Source of the DNA: a virus
Taxonomy: Duplodnaviria > Caudoviricetes
Virus record (IMG/VR): IMGVR_UViG_3300001525_000092
Location: 32,001-96,000 of that record
Direction: 5' to 3' (one strand)
DNA: 64,000 nt
Below the pieces are notes generated by a model, which saw only the letters and a program-made list of their open reading frames with translations, did not search any database and was not told the origin of the DNA. The stretch's first letter is position 1; each line of letters starts with the position of its first letter. The position numbers were made by a program, and so were the translations under genes. Below are positions 10,552 through 20,982 of this stretch, piece by piece.

Positions 10552-10581
10552 TGTTGTTCTTTTGTATATATGTCTTTGTCT

Positions 10582-10950
10582 TTATCTGTATGTGTAGTCT
10601 TTAGATGCTAGAACAGGTGCATCGCTATCATTCTCTTCTCCTATTCCTCTCAATGATATTGACACAGTATATATAGCATGCTCAGAACCAGGAACTGCTT
10701 CTACTGATATGTCATGAGTGAACTGTCTTAGCCAGAAAGTGTACTTTGATATGTTGTCATCTATGTGTCTCTTTATTTGCTCAGTAGAAGGTTGCAAGTC
10801 CCATAAGAACTGCTCCATGTTGAGACCAAAGTAAGGCATGCCAATAAGCTGTGTCTTCTCTGTTCCCATTATCATGTCTAGCTCTTGGATAGCAGCAGAC
10901 AATGCATCTGTCACAACTAATGACTCTGTGAGTGACATGTCTAGTTCCAT
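10582..10950 (-). CDS. Baseplate/sheath-initiator protein (T4 gp25-like)
   Basis: IQELDMIMGTEKTQLIGMPYFGLNMEQFLWD pattern; size and position. Confidence 0.75.
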   Translation of the reverse strand: MELDMSLTESLVVTDALSAAIQELDMIMGTEKTQLIGMPYFGLNMEQFLWDLQPSTEQIKRHIDDNISKYTFWLRQFTHDISVEAVPGSEHAIYTVSISLRGIGEENDSDAPVLASKDYTYR

Positions 10951-10955
10951 GATGC

Positions 10956-12815
10956 TTATGTGTATGATATGTTTCCTGTTGTTATGTAGTTGCCTTCATT
11001 GTCTATCACATCATAAGAAGGAGACTCAAGTGAGTTAGACAATGCATCTACTTTGAATATGACATATATTCCATTTCTAGCTATCTCAGGAAAGTCATTC
11101 CCGTCTATTCTGATGTAGAACAAGTCAACTTTAGTCATGTACTTAGATAGATTGATGCCGACATTCTGTGTCACATTCCTTCTTATCTTTATGTTCTGAG
11201 CATCTTCTGTTCTGTAGAACAATGGCTTGTAAATAACTCTAGGTGCTGTTCTTTGGTGTGTGCTAGAGACAGAAGATCCTTTTTTCAGTATGTTGCATCT
11301 TATGTTGTCAATGAAAAATACTTTGTTAGTGTCATTCATGATTTCTATGTTCTTGTTGTATTGTTTGTAAGTGTAAGGATTGTCTTCATCTCTTTCTTGA
11401 AGAGAAGGCAATTCTCTCACTCTTCCTTCTTCTATGTCAGTGATGATGTGTCTTATATAGTCTTTAGTGAGAACACACACATTAGACTTCATAGTGATGC
11501 CTATGTATCTGTCAATGAATGCAAGTCTCAAATACACATTAGACGGAACTTGATTCCAGTCTGTGAACAAGTCTATCAATGGAATGCTAAAGTCATCTAT
11601 GGTATTGTCGTAAGATGAGCTAGTCCAAATAACATGCTTGAAGTCTACATCAGATGCTACTGTGACCTCATATCCGCACATCTCCGGATGTCCTTGAAGC
11701 AACTCACTGTCTAAGGCATCTTCGTCTATAGAAGTTGCCACTTTCTTGTAAGTGCTCAAGTCAACATTATATAGCTCTTCATAATACTGCTGTAATTGCA
11801 TAGAACTATTGTACTGGAACTTTCCTACAGCTGACACTTTTCCATCTATGAACTGGACATTAGCTTCTAGAAATATCTTGGAATCTGTGTTGAATGAGCA
11901 AGAAGAGCTTTCAATTTCTTCATTTCCTTGATAGAATTCATCAATGATCTTGCTCCAAGGAAACAATGTGACTATCATTTCTTTAGACATCTTAGCATAT
12001 GAGTCCATGTTGCTAGCATCGTATTTCATCATCTGGATTCCATCAACATCAAGAATGCTCCATTTCATCATCAGAGACTTGAATGACACTTGCTGGATAG
12101 CACCGTCAGGAACATCATACTTTGTGAATGTGTATGTGCCATCTTCATTCAATTGACACCTTCTCTTGCTAGATTCACACAATAAGCTAAACTCTTGATC
12201 AGTGATTGTTCTAGTGACTTTCTTCACTTCTATCTCATTCTTGTCTTCATCAATGAATCTTATTACACTCATAGCAATGTCATCTATCCATATAGGATAA
12301 GGAAAGTCTATCCAAGCAGAAGTAAACAATATGTCCATGTCAGGAACATCATACTCATCATACTCCGTATATGTGTCATGACATATCTTTCTAAGTGGCG
12401 CTATAGATGTGTCTTTGTCATTCTTCGACAATATCCAATGAAACTTTATGTTGTTGATTAGTGAATAGCAATGAACTATCATTGGTTGCTTCTTCTTGGT
12501 AGAAGGATGCCATATCTTCAATGACTTAGTCTTGCACTCTATCTCATTTCCACTTCCATTCAAAGGATTTCCAATGAACTTAGAAGAAGTACAGAAAGCA
12601 GCAATTCCACTTTCATTTCTCTTTGATATCCACACATCATTCACTGATAAGTCAAGAGAAGAAGGCACAAGCCACACATCGGTGACATGCATCATGTCAT
12701 TCACTAAGTCACCATACACTAATGCCTTTTCTTTCTTGTAAGTCTCATAACCGACATTGTCTGAGAATGTCACTAAGTAGTTGTGTGATCCAAGTCTGAC
12801 ATTGCTTTCTTTCAT
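10956..12815 (-). CDS. Hypothetical protein, likely structural
   Basis: 619-aa acidic ORF in the baseplate gene string. Confidence 0.5.
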   Translation of the reverse strand: MKESNVRLGSHNYLVTFSDNVGYETYKKEKALVYGDLVNDMMHVTDVWLVPSSLDLSVNDVWISKRNESGIAAFCTSSKFIGNPLNGSGNEIECKTKSLKIWHPSTKKKQPMIVHCYSLINNIKFHWILSKNDKDTSIAPLRKICHDTYTEYDEYDVPDMDILFTSAWIDFPYPIWIDDIAMSVIRFIDEDKNEIEVKKVTRTITDQEFSLLCESSKRRCQLNEDGTYTFTKYDVPDGAIQQVSFKSLMMKWSILDVDGIQMMKYDASNMDSYAKMSKEMIVTLFPWSKIIDEFYQGNEEIESSSCSFNTDSKIFLEANVQFIDGKVSAVGKFQYNSSMQLQQYYEELYNVDLSTYKKVATSIDEDALDSELLQGHPEMCGYEVTVASDVDFKHVIWTSSSYDNTIDDFSIPLIDLFTDWNQVPSNVYLRLAFIDRYIGITMKSNVCVLTKDYIRHIITDIEEGRVRELPSLQERDEDNPYTYKQYNKNIEIMNDTNKVFFIDNIRCNILKKGSSVSSTHQRTAPRVIYKPLFYRTEDAQNIKIRRNVTQNVGINLSKYMTKVDLFYIRIDGNDFPEIARNGIYVIFKVDALSNSLESPSYDVIDNEGNYITTGNISYT

Positions 12816-12852
12816 TGTATAGAGTTAACTTATAATATAATTATAGTATAGT

Positions 12853-14571
12853 TTATAGTATGGTTGTAGTTATTGTTGCTTCAATTGGCTCTGTCTCTCT
12901 AAGAAGGATACCCATAGAGATTAGCTTCTTCACTAAGTGATCTGTCTTCTCTCCTATAGCATCTGTGTCTATGTTCTTCATTCTAAAGAAGAAGTTGAAG
13001 TGGCTATAGTCTGAAAGTTGCACACCATACAAGTAAGAAGTGTCAAACCATCTTCCTGCTCCTGCATAGATGCCACAATGATTCAGTATAGTTGACTCAT
13101 TCTTCACTCCTATGTCACCCGGCTTCAGATCATCTCCACTTATCATTTCCCAATCCGAGTCAGAGAATATAGTGAAGAAGTCTACACACATGTTAGGTGT
13201 CTCCATTCCTAGAGACTTCTTCATGATGTGCTTGACATATCCAGAGCAGTCTAGTCCATACTCTGGCTTGTCTTTTCCGTGTATCTTGTAGAAAAGACCT
13301 GGTTGCATGCACAAGCAATTGTACATCACTTCCTGTCTCTTGCTAGACAGATTCATCCAGTCATGCTCATACAAGCTTCTTACTTCTTCTTTGTCATATC
13401 CTGTGAAGCACTTTCCTTTGTCTTGTCCAAACTCAAACTCATCAGTGTGATAGATGGCATTCTTTTTCATGTAAGTCTCTATCTTGTCTATGACAATGTC
13501 AAACATGTTGTGCTTTATCTGCTGAGATATTCCTTGGACGCCTGGACTTGAGTTGTACTCTATCACAAAGTCTCCATCAGTGCATGCCATCAAGTCTATT
13601 CCTACCCATCGGCATCCTGAGAGCTTAGCTACCTTGAGTGCTATCTCTTTCTGCTTGTCCGTCATCTGGTACTCTTCTGTCTTAGCACCTAGTGACACAT
13701 TAGAACGGAAGTCACCTGATATCTTGTCTCTTTTCATGCAAGCAAGTATCTCGTAGTTGGCACCATCTACAGAGAATGCATGGACACGAATGTCACCAGT
13801 GTTCTCTTTGTACTCTTGTATGATGAACTCTGCTTCTTTGTCTATAGTGAACATAGCTTGAAGTATTCCTTCTATCTCTTCATGGTTGCAGATGAACACT
13901 CCAATGCCAAGACTGCCATTCAGTATCTTCACAACATACTGTCTGTTCTCTTTCACATCATTGATGTTCTCATTAGCGGTGTATATAGAGTCAAGCATCT
14001 TCCAGAAGCTTTCTCTTGTGTCATGGCACTCAGTGTTCAGATCTTCCATCAATTCTCTGGTGATGAGAACATATCCTGGTTGTGGAATGTTCTCTTGAGC
14101 AAGCAAGTTAGAAGCAAGGAACTTGTCTGATGCCATGATTATCTCATCTATAGTATTGAGCATGAAGAATCCTTCATATTCTAGAGCACGCATCAGACCA
14201 ATGTAGTTCTTCTTGTTGTCATCATTTGCTTGTCCTTGAAACACTATAGTGTCATGGATGTTGCTATGCTTGAGAGAGAAGTGCATGTCCATGATGTCAT
14301 CATCTATAGATATGACATGATTCTTGTAAGTGAAGCGCACTGTTGACTTGTTGAGCCAGACTAAGTTGAGCTTGCGCTTGTGGCAGCATATAGTGAGATA
14401 GTCTTGGTAAGACCAGTCTTCTTCTTTGTCTTTGATAGCTTCATCATAAGTCTTCACCTTCTTGTCTCCAACATAGAAGCATATCACATTCTTAAGCTCT
14501 AGCTTAGTGTCATTCTTAAGCAATGTCATTGCCTCATTGATGTTCTTGTACTCTTTCTCTTTTACTTGCAT
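12853..14571 (-). CDS. RimK-like ATP-grasp ligase fused to a C-terminal NlpC/P60 peptidase domain
   Basis: YVVKILNGSLGIGV, IIQEY, DIRV, DFRSNVSLG and VIEYNSSPG; then GLDCSGYV...LKPGD...NHCGIYAG. Confidence 0.85.
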   Translation of the reverse strand: MQVKEKEYKNINEAMTLLKNDTKLELKNVICFYVGDKKVKTYDEAIKDKEEDWSYQDYLTICCHKRKLNLVWLNKSTVRFTYKNHVISIDDDIMDMHFSLKHSNIHDTIVFQGQANDDNKKNYIGLMRALEYEGFFMLNTIDEIIMASDKFLASNLLAQENIPQPGYVLITRELMEDLNTECHDTRESFWKMLDSIYTANENINDVKENRQYVVKILNGSLGIGVFICNHEEIEGILQAMFTIDKEAEFIIQEYKENTGDIRVHAFSVDGANYEILACMKRDKISGDFRSNVSLGAKTEEYQMTDKQKEIALKVAKLSGCRWVGIDLMACTDGDFVIEYNSSPGVQGISQQIKHNMFDIVIDKIETYMKKNAIYHTDEFEFGQDKGKCFTGYDKEEVRSLYEHDWMNLSSKRQEVMYNCLCMQPGLFYKIHGKDKPEYGLDCSGYVKHIMKKSLGMETPNMCVDFFTIFSDSDWEMISGDDLKPGDIGVKNESTILNHCGIYAGAGRWFDTSYLYGVQLSDYSHFNFFFRMKNIDTDAIGEKTDHLVKKLISMGILLRETEPIEATITTTIL

Positions 14572-15596
14572 AACTCATCAATAGCATTTATAAGTTTCTC
14601 AAAGAACTTGCAGTTAGTCTCTTCTATGTCAGGATCATTGATAGGTGAGCTTGGTCCTGGTGCACCATTTAGCTCTACAATGATAGTCTTTCCATTCTGG
14701 AGTGGAAGCATGTCGACACCGCACCACTCTAGTCCTGATGCTCTAGCAACTTCTAATGCAAGCTTCTCTTGCTCACTAGAAAGTTTGTAGTCATCTTCCA
14801 TGTCACATCCAAGACTTAGATTAGTCCTGAAGTCTTTTCCTTTCTTCCTCATTATAGAAGAAAGTATCTTTTGCTTTCCATTCAACGTCAGAACATGAAC
14901 TCTGATGTCACCATCTTTTATCTCTTGAAAGTCTTGTATCAGTATAGGACAGTTCTCTTTGAGCTTGAACAGGCATTGCAATATAGAGACGATGTTCTTT
15001 CCTCTGCAGCAGAACACACCTTTGCCACCATGGCCACCCAATATCTTGCACACATAATTGAAGTCATCATCTAGCTTTCCGTACAGCGTCTTTAGTTTCT
15101 CATCTAGCTTCTTGTGATCTTCTTTGTCGATATCTGCTGATGTTGATAAGACAAACTTAGGCTGAGGAAACTTATTCTGGTCTAAGAAGCATGCTGTGGC
15201 ATACTTGTCAGAAGAGAGTGCTACTGCTAATGGACAGTTCAATATCAGTATTCCTAAGCTTTGGATAGCTTTCAATAGATTAGACACAACTGGATTAGTA
15301 TATCCACTCCTCATCAGTATGACAGTGTCTTTTCTATCAGATATTGTCAGCTTCACTGTACTGCTGTCTTTTTCTCTACTATATATAGTTACACTCTTCT
15401 CTTCAGTAGAGAAGTCAAGCTTAGTAGGATCAGCATACTCTACTTTGATGTGATCTCTAGACAGCATCTTGATGCTGTTCAAGTAGAGTTCTCCTATCAA
15501 TACTAGCCTCTTCACTTTCTTAAGCTCGGTTGTATGTTCTTGATTCTTGCTCTCAACTAATGTAAGCATGTCATCAAGATTAGTGACATATTTCAT
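14562..15596 (-). CDS. RimK-like ATP-grasp ligase
   Basis: CKILGGHGGKGV, LIQDF, DIRV, DFRTNLSLG, GVDML and VELNGAPG. Confidence 0.85.
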   Translation of the reverse strand: MKYVTNLDDMLTLVESKNQEHTTELKKVKRLVLIGELYLNSIKMLSRDHIKVEYADPTKLDFSTEEKSVTIYSREKDSSTVKLTISDRKDTVILMRSGYTNPVVSNLLKAIQSLGILILNCPLAVALSSDKYATACFLDQNKFPQPKFVLSTSADIDKEDHKKLDEKLKTLYGKLDDDFNYVCKILGGHGGKGVFCCRGKNIVSILQCLFKLKENCPILIQDFQEIKDGDIRVHVLTLNGKQKILSSIMRKKGKDFRTNLSLGCDMEDDYKLSSEQEKLALEVARASGLEWCGVDMLPLQNGKTIIVELNGAPGPSSPINDPDIEETNCKFFEKLINAIDELCK

Positions 15597-15657
15597 TGAA
15601 TTCTTGTTCTGATTATTCTATGATTAAAAATATCAGAAACTATTAAATAGAAGAGAA

Positions 15658-15969
15658 ATGACAAAGTTAGTGAAACTCATAACAGGAGGAAAGAAAGTAA
15701 GATGTGAGATAGGATACTTGGAACATCCTACTTATGAGATAAGCATAAAGTATAGCATATATAAGTATGAGAACAAGTTCTTATGGAAGAAGTGGTATAC
15801 TTATGACTACAAGATAACTGCTCCTTATGTGAACATCAAGTATAGTCTTCAGTCGGTGTCTGAGAGAAACACTAACATCATGATAGAACAAAAGGTAAAA
15901 GAGCTAAGGCATGAGATAGAAGATAGAATATTAGAAATGAAAGCAGAAGATGCACAAAATAAAGTTTGA
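15658..15969 (+). CDS. Hypothetical protein
   Basis: ORF with phage codon usage. Confidence 0.55.
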   Translation: MTKLVKLITGGKKVRCEIGYLEHPTYEISIKYSIYKYENKFLWKKWYTYDYKITAPYVNIKYSLQSVSERNTNIMIEQKVKELRHEIEDRILEMKAEDAQNKV

Positions 15970-15993
15970 AATTTTTGATAATGTGACTATATT
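15965..15993 (+). promoter_or_regulatory. Putative early promoter TTTG-N19-TATATT
   Basis: Representative of 12 plus-strand copies with a 19-nt spacer, plus one with 20 nt; resembles the Bacteroidota -33/-7 consensus. Confidence 0.75.
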
Positions 15994-16035
15994 AATCATG
16001 TCAAAATAAAGTTGAACAATTAAAATTAAGATATC

Positions 16036-16548
16036 ATGGTTATAATTATTCTTTTAATCGCTGGAAGTGTATTTAGTTTCTTGACATATTGCATGTATTC
16101 TACATTCAAAGATAGCGACTGGGACATTATTGGAACTATCAAGTATGACAAGAAAGGATTCTTCTGGACTATCACTGGAATCATCATCTCTTTGGTAGTA
16201 AGTTACTATTGCTTTGTGACACCTAGCTATGCTATAAGTCATCAGTACTATCATAAGAATGGAACTATTACTTCGGTAGAGTACTCACTTACAGGTGACA
16301 GCACCATCAAGAACAACATCAAAGCTCCTAAAGACACTTATGGAAAGGTAGTCAGTGTAAAGTTGAATCATAGACTAAATGGAAAGATCTTGAACAGTTA
16401 CACAGAGTTCACTATTGAGTTGAATGATGGAAGAACAATGCATGATGAGCTATCAGGTGACTTGACTGACACTATCAAAGAAGGTCATGGAATGAGCATC
16501 ACAGAGACTTTCTATCCATCGTACAAAGTAGATTACAACTTTAATTAA
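16036..16548 (+). CDS. Membrane protein, hypothetical
   Basis: Two N-terminal hydrophobic segments. Confidence 0.6.
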   Translation: MVIIILLIAGSVFSFLTYCMYSTFKDSDWDIIGTIKYDKKGFFWTITGIIISLVVSYYCFVTPSYAISHQYYHKNGTITSVEYSLTGDSTIKNNIKAPKDTYGKVVSVKLNHRLNGKILNSYTEFTIELNDGRTMHDELSGDLTDTIKEGHGMSITETFYPSYKVDYNFN

Positions 16549-16556
16549 TTAGCAAT

Positions 16557-16811
16557 ATGTATACAAACATCATCGGATTCATCATTGTCGGCATCTTCAT
16601 TGGATGTTGTCTCATGACATTGATCTCTATCTACTCATACAAGAAGAACTGTCCTGATTATGTAGAGACAGATACCGGAATTGTATGGAGGTTGAAGTGC
16701 AAAGCAACTTCTTGTGTTGACAACAAGCCTTGCTATGTCATGGAAAGCACAAAAGATGCACATGTAGAGACAGTAGACTACTTGACATTCAAGAAGAGGT
16801 TCAAAGAATGA
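16557..16811 (+). CDS. Small membrane protein, hypothetical
   Basis: N-terminal TM segment. Confidence 0.55.
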   Translation: MYTNIIGFIIVGIFIGCCLMTLISIYSYKKNCPDYVETDTGIVWRLKCKATSCVDNKPCYVMESTKDAHVETVDYLTFKKRFKE

Positions 16812-16871
16812 ACTTCTTCTTTTATTTATCTATGTTTTATTTAACAAACAATTAAAATCAAGAAAGTATTT

Positions 16872-18017
16872 ATGAGTTGGAAACCAGATTTTGACTACAG
16901 TAACAAGAACATGAACTTTTATAAAGTAGGTTGTAACTTTGATCCTAAGTTGATTGATGTTGCTGTAGAATTGAATGAGAAGTATAAGGGAAAGTCACAG
17001 ATAGTAGAGTTCTTCGGTTCAGATAGGTCTACACAAGATGTCTCTGCACGTCCAGGATGGAGATTGCCGGACATTTCTAAAGAAGAGTTTGCAAGTTATG
17101 TGAAGAAGTTGAAAGAAAACAACATTGGATTCAACTTTACTATGAACTCAATCATTCCATATAGCAATAAAGTAGAAATGGTGAAACATAAGAAGGACAT
17201 TCAAGATCTTGTTAAGTGGCTTGAGTCAATTGGTGTGTACCGTCTTACTATTGCTAATCCAGAGCTTCTTATTATGGTACGTGAAGTATCTAACATAGAA
17301 GTAGAAATGTCTTGTATCACTCACATTGATACTGTGACTCAACTTAAGTACTACCATGAGAACTTTGGAGTGAACAAGTTCTGTAACTCTATTCTTAAGA
17401 ATCGTAACAAGAAGTTCTTAATTAATGCTCAGAAGTATTGTGATGATAATGGATTGGTACTTGAGCTTATGGCAAATGAGTTTTGTGGAGTAGCAGGAGT
17501 AGATAGCAAAGGAACTCATTATGCAACACATTGTGTTTTCAGAGATTCTTGTTATATATGCCATGCTTGCAATAGAACAAAAGAAGATTCTATGCTTGAC
17601 AATAACTATCCAATGGGTTATTGCATGTCTGCACGTTCATCAACTCCAGAAGCATGGCTTCGTATGAGATGGATTCGTCCAGAAGATCAGAAGATCTATC
17701 GAGAGAAGACAGGAGTAAATTACTTTAAGTTGTCTGGACGAACTGGCACAACCGAATATTTGAAATATGTGATGGAAGCATATATGTCAGAAGACTTTGA
17801 CAACAACATCATTTCTCTATGGAAACCATTAAGCTCAATTTATGATGGAAAGACAGAGTTGAAGTCAAAGACTGACATAGATATTCCGAATAAGAAGCTT
17901 GATGGATTCATTGATAAGTGGATGGACGGAAATGGCTGGGAATGTGAGAATGAGCTTTGTGGAACTACTTGTCATTATTGCTTAGATTTTGCTAAAGAAC
18001 ATAATTTATATGAGTAA
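16872..18017 (+). CDS. Peptidase U32-family protein (RlhA/TrhP/UbiUV-like Fe-S hydroxylase)
   Basis: LELMANEFC...HCVFRDSCYICH...YC Cys cluster; FKLSGRT (U32 KIEGR-like); C-terminal CENELCGTTCHYC. Confidence 0.8.
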   Translation: MSWKPDFDYSNKNMNFYKVGCNFDPKLIDVAVELNEKYKGKSQIVEFFGSDRSTQDVSARPGWRLPDISKEEFASYVKKLKENNIGFNFTMNSIIPYSNKVEMVKHKKDIQDLVKWLESIGVYRLTIANPELLIMVREVSNIEVEMSCITHIDTVTQLKYYHENFGVNKFCNSILKNRNKKFLINAQKYCDDNGLVLELMANEFCGVAGVDSKGTHYATHCVFRDSCYICHACNRTKEDSMLDNNYPMGYCMSARSSTPEAWLRMRWIRPEDQKIYREKTGVNYFKLSGRTGTTEYLKYVMEAYMSEDFDNNIISLWKPLSSIYDGKTELKSKTDIDIPNKKLDGFIDKWMDGNGWECENELCGTTCHYCLDFAKEHNLYE

Positions 18018-19107
18018 AGAAACAAAAATCATTGCTGGTCCATGCTCTGCTGAGTCATTGGACCAGTGTCTTTCTACAGCTAAGCAACTTTCAGAGCAAG
18101 GCATTAATGTGTTTAGAGCTGGTGTATGGAAGCCAAGAACAAAACCAGGTGGATTTGAAGGTGTTGGTGAGATTGCATTGAATTGGCTAAGGCAAGTTCG
18201 TAGAGAAACAGGAATGAAAGTTGGATGTGAAGTAGCTAACAAAGAGCAATGTGAACTTGCGTTGATGCATAATCTAGACTATATATGGATAGGCGCAAGA
18301 ACTACAACAGATCCATTTGCGGTTCAAGAGATATCTGACACTATCAAAAAGTTTGTGAATGGCCCAGGTAAGACAATGCATAAGTATGTTGGTAACTTGA
18401 CTGTTCTTGTCAAGAATCCGGTATGTCCTGATTATGACTTGTGGGTAGGTGCTATAGAACGTGTCAAGAACTCCGGTGTCAAGAATGTAGGAGCTATTTT
18501 CAGAGGATTCAAGACATATAATCAATCTAAGTATCGTAATGAGCCTATCTGGGACATTCCATTGAAGCTAATCACTGAATATCCTAACATGGAAGTATAT
18601 TGTGATCCTAGTCATATTTCTGGCAATACAGAGTATCTTCAAGACATATCTAATGCCGCTATAGAGTATGGATTTTCTGGATTGATGATAGAAAGTCATT
18701 GTGATCCAGAGAATGGGTGGACAGATGCTAAGCAACAAGTAAAACCAAGCCAGATACATGAGATAGTCGAGAGACTTCCAAATAATGATGTTCTATGCAG
18801 TGCTACTAATGATGATTTGAAGATGCTTAGTAAACTTAGAGCAGAAGTGACAAGCATTGATAGGACATTGTCATTGCAACTGATTGCAAGAATGAGAGAT
18901 TGCATACAGATAGGTAAGATCAAAGAGAGGATGGGTCAAGAGACTTATCAGAAAGACAGATGGAATCACGTACTGAAGAATGTCAACAAACAATTCAAGG
19001 CATCTAAGCTTTATGATGAATATCCTGATGAGTTTGACTATCTTATTAATGTGATATGGAGCGCAATTCATTCTATGTCATGTAAACTTCAAATTAAGAA
19101 CAAATGA
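18010..19107 (+). CDS. Bifunctional DAHP synthase (type I-beta) / chorismate mutase (AroQ)
   Basis: IAGPCSAES, RAGVWKPRT, WIGART, CDPSH and GLMIESH; C-terminal LRAEV..ID..L..R....IGKIK...R...S...Q; ATG overlaps the U32 stop codon. Confidence 0.92.
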   Translation: MSKETKIIAGPCSAESLDQCLSTAKQLSEQGINVFRAGVWKPRTKPGGFEGVGEIALNWLRQVRRETGMKVGCEVANKEQCELALMHNLDYIWIGARTTTDPFAVQEISDTIKKFVNGPGKTMHKYVGNLTVLVKNPVCPDYDLWVGAIERVKNSGVKNVGAIFRGFKTYNQSKYRNEPIWDIPLKLITEYPNMEVYCDPSHISGNTEYLQDISNAAIEYGFSGLMIESHCDPENGWTDAKQQVKPSQIHEIVERLPNNDVLCSATNDDLKMLSKLRAEVTSIDRTLSLQLIARMRDCIQIGKIKERMGQETYQKDRWNHVLKNVNKQFKASKLYDEYPDEFDYLINVIWSAIHSMSCKLQIKNK

Positions 19108-20228
19108 GAGAAGAATTCAAAAACTTAGCACAATACATTCAGGACAAGAATGTATTGTGTGTCCCAATTATCTCATCAATAAATAGAAAGACTGGTGAGT
19201 ATAAGCTGGATGCGGATGGCAATGTCAATAGAATCATCACTACATTTTGGCATGCTGACACATATAAGAAGCTGACTATTGTGTTGCCTTCTAAGCACAC
19301 ATTAGGAAGTGACTCACTTATATATCAGTGGATCAACATGAAGAGTAGTCCAGAACATGAGATAGAAGTCATTTGGTCCGAGAACTTTGGAATCCACGCA
19401 GGAGAGCAACGCAGCAACTACTTTGTCATCAATAAATTGTTTCATGAGTTGGCAAACTACTTCAATGGAAATTTCATAAATGTGTATATGATAGAATCAC
19501 AAGGATTGCTAGACAAAGCATTTCCTTCTATAGTCACTAAAGACGTGATATTCTGGAACTACACTTGCACTACTAACAAGAAGACAAGGTCATTCTTGAA
19601 TGGCTACAAAGAAGTCAATGAGAGATTTTTCAAGGCGTGTGACAAGACTATAGTAGCTTCACCTGAGCAGGTAGAGTACTTCAATGAAGTTGTTCCTGTA
19701 GAAAAGAACAAGATGATGTACATTCCTACATTCATGGATAGAGACATTCCGTTGTTCAAGTATGCCAAAGACACTGTTCTAGATCAGAAGTTGAAGAGGT
19801 ATAGTAAAGTCTTCAAGATTTTCTACTTGCCATATAGAATGACGGATGAAGGATATCTGATGAATGATGTGATACAGTACATCAATGCTGATCCTAATGA
19901 CTTCAAGATGGTATTGTATGGAGATCCTAACAATAGTGGTTACATGGACACAATCAAAGATAAGTTTGACGGCAATGTGATGTTGAAGAAAGTGTCAACA
20001 TCAAGAAATGTCTACTACACTATTCTTGACTGTGACGCTAACATAACAATACCATATTTTGAGGACATTGCATATATCAATCATGCATCAATCCAAGAGT
20101 TCATAGATGATAGATGCAAGTGTCAGATAGTTCTTGCTAATCATGACACGATTGATCCTTATGGATTGTCAAAGCATGACAATGTAAGATATCTTGCTCC
20201 TTTACATGGACCAGAAAGAGAGAAATAA
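19104..20228 (+). CDS. Putative GT-B fold glycosyltransferase
   Basis: Two Rossmann-like halves: NVLCVPI...ACDKTIVASPEQVEYF...IFYLPYRMTDEG; ATGA overlap with the upstream gene. Confidence 0.5.
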   Translation: MREEFKNLAQYIQDKNVLCVPIISSINRKTGEYKLDADGNVNRIITTFWHADTYKKLTIVLPSKHTLGSDSLIYQWINMKSSPEHEIEVIWSENFGIHAGEQRSNYFVINKLFHELANYFNGNFINVYMIESQGLLDKAFPSIVTKDVIFWNYTCTTNKKTRSFLNGYKEVNERFFKACDKTIVASPEQVEYFNEVVPVEKNKMMYIPTFMDRDIPLFKYAKDTVLDQKLKRYSKVFKIFYLPYRMTDEGYLMNDVIQYINADPNDFKMVLYGDPNNSGYMDTIKDKFDGNVMLKKVSTSRNVYYTILDCDANITIPYFEDIAYINHASIQEFIDDRCKCQIVLANHDTIDPYGLSKHDNVRYLAPLHGPEREK

Positions 20229-20279
20229 AAATCTCTTCTTTCCTATATTCTACACACAAATATATATAATAAGAGAATT

Positions 20280-20396
20280 ATGACATTTAATGTAAATGAA
20301 TTGAAAAATGCTACAATGACAACCGTGCCAGTATATGTATGCCAGACATGTACCGACAACACACATAAATATATTTATGACTATGTGAATGAGTAA
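20280..20396 (+). CDS. Small 38-aa ORF with CxxC (not in ORF track)
   Basis: MTFNVNELKNATMTTVPVYVCQTCTDNTHKYIYDYVNE; ATGAGTAA overlap with the kinase start. Confidence 0.4.
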   Translation: MTFNVNELKNATMTTVPVYVCQTCTDNTHKYIYDYVNE

Positions 20397-20982
20397 GATA
20401 AACATTATATGCATGGATGGCCATGATCGTAGTGGCAAAGATACTATCATGGATTCATTGTCATTTGATGACTATCTAGTATACAAGCAACCAGAGACAG
20501 AAGATCAAGATGTAGACTATAAAGATCCTGAGAAGTTCAAGAACTTCATGGTGAAGTACATCAGGAAAGTTCTAGATGACTTGTACACTATGTCTAAGAT
20601 GAATGGAACAGACAGACCTATAGTGATATCTAGACTTCTTCTTTGTGACAATGTCTTTTCTGACATATATGGTAGAGAGCATGTAGTAGAGAAGTATTTT
20701 GGTAAAGAGATAGAGACTAACTTCAATGTCATCAACTACATCATGCTTTTCAGAGACTATGAAGAGTATGTGAAGAGAGTGGAGATGATAGGAAGTACTA
20801 TTGACTTCACTGAGAAAGAGTTTGATGACATAGTGAGCAACTATAATCATTATAAGTCAGACAAAGACATTGTCAAGTTGATAGATGCAACAGATTCTAA
20901 AGAGAAAGAGTATGCTGACTTTGTGAATGCATTTGAATATTTGACACCACATTATAGATTAGAGCATGATAACACAGTTTGA
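20389..20982 (+). CDS. dNMP kinase (thymidylate-kinase-like P-loop)
   Basis: IICMDGHDRSGKDT P-loop; VISRLLLCDNVF (DR-like motif). Confidence 0.7.
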   Translation: MSKINIICMDGHDRSGKDTIMDSLSFDDYLVYKQPETEDQDVDYKDPEKFKNFMVKYIRKVLDDLYTMSKMNGTDRPIVISRLLLCDNVFSDIYGREHVVEKYFGKEIETNFNVINYIMLFRDYEEYVKRVEMIGSTIDFTEKEFDDIVSNYNHYKSDKDIVKLIDATDSKEKEYADFVNAFEYLTPHYRLEHDNTV

